Source: Chlorokybus atmophyticus | Lineage: Eukaryota; Plantae; Mesostigma and Chlorokybus algae | Direction of reading: 5' to 3' | Assembly (NCBI GenBank): GCA_009103225.1 | Contig: RHPI01000732.1 | Location: forward strand, 264,463-328,462 | DNA: 64,000 nucleotides | Shown here: positions 1 through 14,364 of the stretch, piece by piece | How the letters are laid out: the number at the start of each line of letters is the position of its first letter | Position numbering within the stretch: position 1 is the stretch's first letter | The notes under the pieces: model-generated | The model's database searches: none | What the model saw: only the letters and a program-made list of their open reading frames with translations | Told to the model about the DNA's origin: nothing | Made by a program: the position numbers and the translations under genes

Positions 1-2114
1 ATGCTACCCTTACCTGCAACTCAAGGCCGATGTCGAATGCGGGTTCCAAAGCTGATCTCCCGCTCCTGCCGCCAGTTCCATATGCGATAGCATAGGAAAG
101 CCCGTTGCGCAGTGCAGAATGTATGCTTGGCCTGTCTATAGCAACGTACAGAAGGGAGCAGAGTTAAGCACAAGGCATGCATGTTGACCATGACCGGCAT
201 TGAGTGACATCATGGATTGTGCTCGACAACGTGTGCACGACGTGCGGGCGCACGCACACACATGGCAATTGTACAAATGTGCGTCCGTGCCTGTGCCTAG
301 CATGTGCGCGCGCTCAAGCGCGCGCACGTCTGTGCGTGTGTGTGCGTGTGCACATATGAGAGTAGATGCGTGTGCGAGTGTACGCTGACCAGTGGCCATC
401 TCCCCGCCCATCGCCGATCGCATCAAGCTCGACATTAAGCCCGGCAGCGGCAATCCCGCGGCCGCGCCGTCATACTGGCAACCGGTCAACACGCGGCCAA
501 ACCTTGCCACGGCCCAGAATCGCCCGCCCGAGTCCATGATGCCTAATTCACAGCAAACATGATGCACATCAGTTATCCCACGCAAGGGACAGTACTGAGT
601 GTCTATTGCAGTATGAATAGCTGCGCAAAGACATTTACCGCTTATAGGATAGACACCTCCTATGGACACATCCTCGGTAGAGTACCGGACGCCAACACCA
701 GCATTTTTTGCCACCTTTTCACTGTACATGGGATGAGAACTTAGGCCAAACCACACAAAGGTTTGCAAGCGCAACTGTCACACCAGAGCTAACGCGGTAA
801 GAATTCATGTGGCCTAAAGCCCGCTCACTTGGCAGCTTGGAAGAGCGGCGCTGAAGCAAAGACACCAATTCCAGTGTTGGGATCAAACTGGCATATGCGG
901 GCACGCGCGTATCTGCAAACACACGAGGCCCCAGGCATGAGCGTACACATTCAAAGCATAAACAGATTGATTCCTCGTTGTCATGGGCGGCGCATGGGAC
1001 ATACCCTCTATTCCTTGTTGATAGCGCCACATCCATGAAAGCATTCGGGTCATCACCCAACCTACGCACAAACCACAGTCATGGCGCATGACACTGCCTG
1101 CAACAACAAAACAAAAATATATCATTGGTGGTCACCATTGCCAACGGAATGCCACCTTTCCATCAATCGTGCGGTCGGGTGGGCCATCAACACCAGCATG
1201 CTCCGTCTCTCTCGCCCTAAGCTACCGAAGACAGAAGTGGGCACAAACCACACGTACACCGAAACCATAACTGCGAGCCTGCAACCCCACGACATGAAGC
1301 TCACCTTCACCATAACATCCACAGTGTTGTCCTCTGGTGGCCTGAGGAAAATCTGCAAGCCTGCTCTTCGTGTGTCTGCACATAGTTTGTGTAGATGTTG
1401 CAGCGGGAAGCAAGATAACAGCTGTTCTGCTGGTCAAGCTATAACTGGGCAGAGAGGTGTATTGGCAGGTAAGCTATATGTAAAACAGCTAAAGACACCC
1501 ATGGGCTTGGCTTGTGCAAAGGTGCCAATGTGCGCGCATGTGTGCGCATGTGTGCGCATGTTTGCATGTGCGTGCGAGCGCATGTGTGCATGTAAGCATG
1601 TGTATGCGTGTACGTGTGCGTGCGCGCGTAGGCATGTGTGTGTGCGCATGTGTGCCGGTGCTCATGCTTGCATGCGTCTACATTGTTTTATATTGCATGA
1701 GAGGGAAAAACACTAAACACTCTGCATGTTCCTTATCGCAGCAAACTGCATGCAACTACTGGCTCAACTCAACTCCAACCTTCACTGAACCAATTGACCC
1801 ACCAGCAAAGTAGTCTCCGAAGAGGCGAGCGCGTGCATGCTTGCTGAATAGAAAGTCGTAAGACGACTTAGCCATCCTATCAACAAGAGCAGCAGAAAGT
1901 GAGTCCATCAGCTCATGCACGCGTGCACACGTACACAAGCACACACAGTCTCTTGTCGGTGTAACGCAGCTCAGCTCAGCTCAGCTCAGGTCAGCTCTGC
2001 CATGCGCATTGCGCTGCCTCGTTACCTGTTGCGGCCTCTTAGGTCCCGCTCAAACAGCGGCGGCACCAGCACCACCTTGGGCGGAGGCTCGTCCTTCATC
2101 AGCATGTTCCCCAT
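1..2114 (-). CDS. OM47: OM47-like (At3g27930-type) mitochondrial outer-membrane beta-barrel protein; spliced, 3' end runs off the window start
   Basis: ATG at 2114. Exon 2114-2026 MGNMLMKDEPPPKVVLVPPLFERDLRGRNR; exon 1876-1780 MAKSSYDFLFSKHARARLFGDYF; exon 1352-1305 IFLRPPEDNTVDVMVK; further exon pieces LGDDPNAFMDVALST, ICQFDPNTGIGVFASAPL, GVGVRYSTEDVSIGG, FWAVARFGRVLTGCQYD, SYAIAYGTGG..NPAFDIGLELQ. Motif order matches my recollection of plant At3g27930; first three GT-AG junctions keep frame. Confidence 0.75.
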
Positions 2115-2608
2115 GCTGGCAACCTGAACCTCTAAGCTTACCCCTCCACCCGCTCCTCGTCTTGCTGCACTGTCTCCTCCTCAGCAACAGCAGCCACCGC
2201 CGCCGCCGCTGCTGCCGCCTTGAGGCTGAGCTTTGCCACTCTGTTGGCCTGGTGTGATCTGTAGCCTAGGAGGCGGCGATTTGGGCGGCGGCGGAGGAGG
2301 AGGAAGCGGGGTGTTGGTGTCGTGGGGATTGTCATAGCTCCCCGTCTGGTGGAGGTGGTTGTCGTGGTCGCTGGCAAAGGAGCTGGATCTGGGACGCTTG
2401 CAGGCGACACGGATGCGTGTTTAGCTGGTTGCTTAGCTGATTGCTTTGGTGTGTTGGGCTTAGCTTAGGCTCAGGCGGCGGTGCTGCTAAGGAAAGAACT
2501 TTCCTCAGTCTTTTCAGCCCTTGCCGACAGGGTAGTAATTAACCCCTTCCAGCCCGCCCTTGCCCAGGGGCTTGGTCGGGCTGCTGCCAGTTGGCCTGGG
2601 CGTGGTTG

Positions 2609-6394
<3,786 letters not shown>

Positions 6395-7288
6395 TCAGCA
6401 GGCAGCACGAAGATTTGGTATGGTAGCTTTCTATATATGTAAAGTATGTAGTGCTTTTTCAGAGTTGGTGGGGTTGCTATTCTTCATGCAGCATTTCGGT
6501 TTTGTGGTAAGGTACAACAAAAACGGGGGAGGGGCAAGGGGAAAGAGGGAGAGGGAGTGTAGGTGTTTGTATGTGCCATAGCAGTAGGGTTGAACGCTTC
6601 ATGGGCATTATCAGTGTAGTTGCAGTCTGTGCATGTGCATGTGCAAACCCTTGCAGAATTCGATGCTGTTTTACCGCGTGCTAGCAGTACTTATATTTCT
6701 GTTGATACAGAGAGAGACCCGTTGCTAGTTGGTATGGTCAGGCATGACACGTGTGTATGTGCTTGCAATTGTTGTGGACAGAGATACAGCAATAGTGTGT
6801 GTACAGGGTGCTGTATCATATGCTCACAGCGTGTTGCATGCGCACTCAGTTGGTGTGTGCGCATGCGCAAGCGCAAGTAAGCAAGTGAAAGCGAGAGTGA
6901 TATTCATGGCATGCGTACACAGTTTGTGATCAGTCCTTTGAACATGAACCACCATGAAGACGCAAACGATCTTTACTGTTTTGCGTAAACAAATGATAGA
7001 GCAACACTCATTTAGAAAGTGTGTATGTGATCATTACTCTTACAGATACAACACTTTATTAAGGGTGTGAGGCAAAGCTTGTTCGATGGGGTATGTTAAT
7101 GTTCATATCGTTTTAGATTTGCCATGGCATCAAAGAGCAACTAAAAAGGGTTTTAGGTTGTTATAAGTGTGCATGCTTACTAGATGTTAACATCAAGAAC
7201 TTAACAAGCGCTTAAATGAATGGTCTCAACATGTGATGAATGCTTGTGTTGATGTTCTAAACAGTGTTGAGAGAAGGGTGTGTGGGGG

Positions 7289-7470
7289 NNNNNNNNNNNN
7301 NNNNNNNNNNNNNNNNNNNNNNNNNNNNNNNNNNNNNNNNNNNNNNNNNNNNNNNNNNNNNNNNNNNNNNNNNNNNNNNNNNNNNNNNNNNNNNNNNNNN
7401 NNNNNNNNNNNNNNNNNNNNNNNNNNNNNNNNNNNNNNNNNNNNNNNNNNNNNNNNNNNNNNNNNNNNNN
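7289..7470. other. Assembly gap (N run) flanked by G runs
   Basis: 182 Ns; ggggg before and gggggg after. Confidence 0.99.
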
Positions 7471-10043
7471 GGGGGGTCAACAAAGCAGCAGGTATGAACT
7501 CTATCGCTAGTTATGTACAATCAAATGCATGGGGTTGAATTTAAGACGAAAAAAACTGAAAGGTCAGGAGGGAGTATTCAAAAAGTCAACCTGCATTCAT
7601 TGTTCGCTCATGAGTAAATTCTGCTTTGCTTACATATGGTATTTATTCCATTACAATCCCCATGGGACTCCAATTGAGTAAATACGGTATACATACTTTT
7701 CAGGTACATGATTCGAAGCCAAGCCGTGGATTTATATATAATAATATTGTATATATAATATTGACGGACTTGCCACAAATGGGGTTTACCCCATGTTTAA
7801 TTTCATTATCAGTGGATATACATTCATACATGTTGTTGCAATTAAGGGGACATCAATGATGCAATGAGTGGTTGCGTAATAACAGAGTCGACATTACCAG
7901 TCATTGTGTGAACAGACAAGCATGGCAACAAAGTCAATAAGTTCACACATGTTCTTGTAAGATCTTATTATCATTATGTTCTTGCAAGCGCGTACTGCGT
8001 TCAAGATCCTAATACTTCATCTTGGTGATGGCAGCGTGACGCGTTACAACATGCATGCGATTGTGCACAACTGTCACATATGGCAAGCAATGCTTAAGAA
8101 ATGTGCGCCACCGGTCAAGCGCAACATATGTGGTTAAAGGACCAATGACTGATAATATGTTACTATGATAATCAGCTCGCTCATGATCCTTTCACGCTAA
8201 AAATCTTACCACGCTTCTTACTGCAGCATCGCTCCGGCTATTGTCGGAAGCCTTGCGATAAGCTTTTCATGCAGCACGCACTCAGCTAGAGCATTCGTGC
8301 AAACATATTTACACAATCTTTATTGACTCAATTAGACAACTCAGCAACTATCAGCATGACTTGAAAATTAAAATAGCTTTACGAGGGAAAACAGCTTATT
8401 GCACTTCATTCATATGCACTTTATTGACTTTGACAAGAGAAGAGGCTCGAAAATAAACACAAGCACTGCGAAAAGGCTGCAGGTCATATGCAATTGCATC
8501 GCTCATATTATAATAAAAGTAATGCAACTATTCACCAGTTTTAGGTCACGACTGACATTGCCAAAACATTACCGTATTTTATTGAACACAACCCCCTCCT
8601 TAGCACAATACCCCAATTGTTTTTTGGCGGTTTGGGGAGGGGGNNGGGGGGGGGGGGGGGCTTTGTTTGAACCCCCATTACACTCAATGTGGTACCCTAA
8701 CACGACACCCCCATAGATTTAGCAGGGCGAGGGGGGAAAGGCTTTACTTGTAAAAGAGGCTTGTATTTGACAAAAGTACCAAGAGACGTTATAATCAATG
8801 CGAACATGACTGCTTTTAACTACCGTGCATCGTCCTTGATAGTACGAAATTGCATGCGCCAATTGTCAATTTTATTCCAAGGAATGCAGTGTGCTCATAG
8901 ACGCACGGCAAACAACACTAGCCATGTACCAACAGCGCGTAATCCTTACATGGAAATTGACACATGGCGCATGTGGTTGCATACTATTGAGTCCAATGCA
9001 TGGTAGTTGAGACCACTCGCGTCGGTCTCGCGGTGATGCCACTCGTGATCCCTAGATTCGACATAAGGAATACATCTATCTGACATGCAGTCTTCAACAA
9101 CAATTGGCTGCCTACAAGCAGAAGTCAACATCAATGTTGACAAGAAGGCAAGATTTGCGCTAGTGGAACCAGCATAGTCATCATCCAGCTTGTCAGCACA
9201 TTGGCCAGACATGCAAGCTAGCTGCGTGATGGCAAGGCAAGACATGCGTTGCTGAGTACGTGCAGCACTTTTTCAGGAGAGCAAGCTGCGCCATGGCAAT
9301 GCAGGCATGCTGTCGAGTACATGCAGCATGTAACGATATGAAGAAAGTATGCAGTGAACAACAGCTGAACCAAATAGCATAAAGCGTGCATGCAGGTAGA
9401 GCAGTACAGCTTACTAATCAGGCATGGCAGCCTGCTTGCAAGCAGGCATGCTGCGCATTGCATGCAGCAAAGCCAGGAGAAAGCATGCAGTACAATGCAT
9501 GTAGAGCACTGTATGCTCAGCACTGCATTGGCTGCTGTTTACCTACTAGCGGTCCGGTCCGGCATCGCAGCCTCGGGGTCGCATGGCGGAGACAGAGCAG
9601 GCCCCCGCCAGGCTGCGCTACCTCACCGCCCTCACGAACACCTGCCTGCTGGCCTCCTGCTCCTCCTGTTGCTTTCAAAGGCCAGCACTGCCTCCTCCTG
9701 GTCCTCCTCCGCCTCCTCCTGCACCACCACCCTGGCACCCCTTGAAGCAGCGGCCTGTATCCTAACAGAAATACGTATGAAGGCAAACACTGATGTGCAG
9801 CTTCTCGTCCTTCAGACTCTCCCTGTTCTTGTCCTTGCCCTCCTCCGAGCTACTCCTCCGCCGCCCACTGTCGCCGTCCATGCGCTGCTCCTGCACAATC
9901 TCATCATGCACAACCGTCCCCACCACAGGCGGTGGTGTGGAGTTTTACACATTCCCAACGCTTAAATAACGCCTGCGGTGCTACCAGCAAACCAACTCAC
10001 CAGCATTGTGCCTTCTCCTGGCCAGCCGGCGGTGGCGGCGGCG

Positions 10044-13000
10044 ATGGAAACCTCCCAGCAGCAGCAGCCGCAGCAGCTGAAGGACGACGACAAGCAGGAG
10101 GATAAGGACAAGCAGAACAGCCACCACGCTGCCAACACTCAGGCTCAGGCGCAGGGTCAGGGGGAGAGCGCTGTGCTGGTGGACCGGCTGGGGTCCCAGT
10201 CGGCGGCGGGGGCGGCGGCGGGGCCGTTGAGGGCGCCGAGGGTGTCGCTGAAGCTGGCGGATTTTGACACTGGGCCTCTCCTCGGCCAGGGATCCTTCTC
10301 CAGGGTGAGTTGGTATGATCCCTTACGAGGAGTGGTAGTGCAAGTGGAGAGCGCAATGTGGGGACTCTTTGGCAAATAAGTTTGTGGACACATGCACACC
10401 TGAACACACCTGGACGCGCTAAGTGTCACAAAGGTGTCAATGTGCGTGCACAGTCACACGCATGCGCAGAGAGGTGCACATGAGTTGTGTGTCATTGCAC
10501 AACACTAACAAGTATACCAGAAGCAATGCAAATCGTCTGGCTGCGTGGCAGGGAAGCTAAGCGTGGTAGTCTGTTGCTGAAGTATTGTGCAGCAACGCAC
10601 TGCTACTGGCATTGTGTGCGTGGAGGTGGATATGTATGTCTCTCGAGTATCGTTTTTATGTGCGCGTATTTTGATATCAAGCCAAACAGAGTCTCTGCGT
10701 GTGTTTGTGTCACACTCAAGGTCAGGTGTTTGTGTGCGCATGCGCTCGCGCACGTGTGCGTGCAAGCTTTTGAGGCACTTGTCTTTGCATAAACGAAAAC
10801 CTTTACCAGCAGTGGAGTGTCAGTAAGAACTCTGTGTCGTAGCAGTAGCAATGAATTCAATGCCCCCCCNNNNNNNNNNNNNNNNNNNNNNNNNNNNNNN
10901 NNNNNNNNNNNNNNNNNNNNNNNNNNNNNNNNNNNNNNNNNNNNNNNNNNNNNNNNNNNNNNNNNNNNNNNNNNNNNNNNNNNNNNNNNNNNNNNNNNNN
11001 NNNNNNNNNNNNNNNNNNNNNNNNNNNNNNNNNNNNNNNNNNNNNNNNNNNNNNNNNNNNNNNNNNNNNNNNNNNNNNNNNNNNNNNNNNNNNNNNNNNN
11101 NNNNNNNNNNNNNNNNNNNNNNNNNNNNNNNNNNNNNNNNNNNNNNNNNNNNNNNNNNNNNNNNNNNNNNNNNNNNNNNNNNNNNNNNNNNNNNNNNNNN
11201 NNNNNNNNNNNNNNNNNNNNNNNNNNNNNNNNNNACCCACCCACACCCACCCACCCACCTTTTACCAGCCACTCATGCACACGTGAATATACACGCACGC
11301 ACGAGCGTGCTCGCAGAATGATCCTTGTCTTTGTTTGGTGGCAATGCAGCCTAGCAGCGACACGCATGCACTGGAACAGCATATTGACTCTGCATCCCCT
11401 CACTTTACAGGTAGTCAAGGCGAGGTTGCATGCGAGCGGGGTTGTTTACGCTCTGAAGGTGATGGATAAGCGGCAGCTGCTGCGGGAGCGCAAGGAGAAG
11501 TACGCACGCCTCGAGCGCGCCCTACTCGATGCCCTCGGAACCCATCCTGGAGTCGTCAAGATGGTGTTCACATTCCAAGACGCCCACTCACTCTGTACGA
11601 ATGCACGCGCACATGCAGACGCCCTTACACATGTGTAATGCACGCGCATGCGTACGCATACGCACATGCGCGCAACACATATCTACTCCGCTGTTGCGTA
11701 TGTTGTGTGCGTATTGTATATGTTGTGTATGTTGCGTGTGTCTTGTGTGCTGTTGTGTTTGACTGGTATGTGGTGATGAAGATATGGGCATGGAGCTGTG
11801 CGAGGGCGGCGATTTGTTCCAGCAGATCAAGGCGGTGCGCTCCAATGACTGTGCGTGTTGCTGCTGTTGTCAGTATGGTTTGCACGCTGTGTTCTTGCGG
11901 CTCATCAACAAACGTACAAGGTTCCGTTTTCTTATTCGTGGGCACAACATACAGCATGGTCATTACGAGCTGCATGAAGCCCGCCACTACGCCGCCGAAC
12001 TCGTCCTCTTGCTGGAGTTTCTCAGAGATAACAAAGTCATCCACCGCGATATAAAGGTAAGCGCGCCATGCATAGTACGGTCTGATGTGCATGCGTGCGT
12101 GCGCTGGTTCGTGTATTCCATGCTGTGTCAATACTGTCATGTGTCACCAGCCGGAGAACATGCTGCTGACTGAGAGCGGCCACATAAAGCTCACGGATTT
12201 TGGTAGCGCGAAGGTGGTTGAGGGCCCACTTAAAGACGGTGCGCATACTAACATTGTGTCACATTGAAGTTGCATCCAAGCGGCGGCATGTCTATGACGC
12301 ACGCACAAAGGCACGCATGCGCGCTCTTGCATGTGTGCACACGCACACACACATGCAATCCCTCTTACCGTTTTGGGTTGATGCTGTCTTCTCTGTGATT
12401 TAGCCTTTGCAGAGCCAGCGTTGAAGTCAGCACCAGCACACTCATTTGTGGGCACGGCCGAGTACGTATCGCCGGAAGTTATCAACAGCGAACCTGTCAC
12501 CTACAGGTGAACGGCCTGTGCATAGGCTGGTGTGTTAGTGCAGACATTCCGTTTGTAGATGGTTCACTTGATTGCTCAATTACTAGCTTGCTCCCGCGAT
12601 CTGCTCTTCACTCATCCAGTCATACTCGCTTGCTGATTTCACTCGTTATTCAGGTTTTATTTCTCTGTGAACTCTGCCCTTGGCCGATATGTGAATCTAT
12701 TGCGTTTGTTATGTGACGATTACACCAACAGTAGTTGTCATGGTGTTTTGCATGTCTCAGCGCGGACTTGTGGGCGTTGGGCTGCGTGATTTTCCAGCTT
12801 CTGAGCGGTCAGCCGCCATTCAAGGCCGAGACGGAGTACCTCACTTTCCAAAGGGTCCTCAAACGGGACCTGAACTACACTGAAGGCTTCCCGCCCATGG
12901 CTAAACACCTGGTCGACAGCCTACTGGTATGTGACGTTGCCTGCTGCGTTATGATGTGGTGTGTTGGGTAGTGTTGGCTTGGTATGCAGCATATGCAGTG

Positions 13001-13318
13001 TGACAAACGCCTCTTTAACTGAGATGGTCATGTCACCTAGCATGCTGTGTTGTGTGGTGGTGTGGTGTGTGGTGGTGTGTCTTGTAAGCTTGCGTATTGT
13101 ATGTGCACTACATGTCCTTCAAGTTGCACATATGTTGTGTCGCTTGGCAGATGTTGAAGCCAAGCGAGCGGCTAGGAGCTAACAGCTTGGACGCGCTGAA
13201 GGCGCACTCGTTCTTCCATGGGGTACATTGGGATGCTGACGTGGTGTTTGGGGCGAAAGCACCGGACATATTGCCTGTGAAATATCCCGAGTTGGAGTTA
13301 TTTGAAACCATACTGTAG
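10044..13318 (+). CDS. PDK1: 3-phosphoinositide-dependent protein kinase 1 (AGC kinase), no PH domain
   Basis: Exon 10044-10304 ends LRAPRVSLKLADFDTGPLLGQGSFSR; 11411-11594 VYALKVMDKRQLLRERKEKYARLER..HPGVVKMVFTFQDAHSL; YMGMELCEGGDLF; HRDIKPENMLL; DFGSAK; HSFVGTAEYVSPE; DLWALGCVIFQLLSGQPPFKAETEYLTFQRV; last exon 13151-13318 ends ELFETIL TAG. Confidence 0.88.
10870..11234. other. Assembly gap (N run) in PDK1 intron 1, flanked by C run and (ACCC)n
   Basis: 365 Ns; ccccccc before, acccacccacacccacccacccacc after. Confidence 0.99.
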
Positions 13319-14364
13319 ACAGCTGGCTATAAGCTCAGCTTGAGGTGCTGGTCCAAGCCAGAAGCCAGTGTACGCTCGCCATCATATTGTGCCCAACCCA
13401 ATAGATACAGCAAGCACATTGTAGTTGTTACGATGCCAATGTTTGCACAATGTACGCCGCTACGGTGTTGATGCTACCAACCTACAGATAGAAGAGTGTA
13501 GCTTGCAGTTGTTTACATATGTTACGATTCTGTTGTGCCAGTCATATGGCAAGTCATGTGTGGCGTGTTTGACTTTCGTTCCTATGTAACAAAGCCCAAC
13601 CGTTCACTAATTCACAATCAGGTTCGTGTTTCCTACTTCCCAGCATACACAAGACAAAGTCCAGAATGAGACCGCGTAACACGAAGTGTGCGCGCATGTG
13701 CATGTTTAAACTTGGTAAGCATTTGGAAGGATGCTGGCCGAGCAGGGCTTGGGTACACATGGTTGGTGCATGTGTGCCGTGTGTGGTGTGGGTCACATGC
13801 ACAGCATCGCGTATATTCTACACAGTACAAGCAACGACTTAATTTAGGCAAGCAACCAGGTGATTTCAATGCGTACTGGGTGCCGTACATTTGTGCATAA
13901 CAGGCATGTGCGACAGCCATGCAACTAAGCAGGCAATACCTTCTCTCACTCACAACTCAATTACCTTAATGCGCTCAGTAACCTTATTCAATCAGCTTGG
14001 GTGGGCCACGGTTAGCAGAGCATGCAGCTGGGCAGCAGCGGCGGCAACAGCAACATCACACAGCAGAGGAAGTACCTGCAGGCACCTCAGGCATATCAAC
14101 AATGTGTATGCCATGCTTGTCCAGTGCGTCACGTGCAGGGATGACGGCTGCAAACCTCCTTGCTCTATACAAGTGCACCGTGCCAATCATGTGCTGGCTT
14201 ATGAGCGCCATGCGCAGTGCCTACGAGTTTCCCACACAATGGCCTCCACAACTATGGCTATACATCACCTTTTTTCTCCTCCCTCGCATGCGCTGACTTG
14301 CAGGCGTGATGCAGACAGTGCCGTGCCACTTGCACGGTTGCTTCGCGCTCCATGCACGTCCGCC

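Noticed and set aside
7226-7538. ORFs containing X runs (also 10603-11418)
   Set aside because: Artefacts of reading through N gaps.
9230-9530. Dense GCATGC/CATGCA (RY-like) motifs upstream of PDK1
   Set aside because: These words are common throughout this sequence, so local enrichment is not convincing.
8946-9881. Possible minus-strand gene divergent from PDK1 (MDGDSGRRRSS.. at 9881 and ORF 8946-9245)
   Set aside because: No consistent exon chain or recognisable domain; readable as the antisense of a C/T-rich PDK1 leader.
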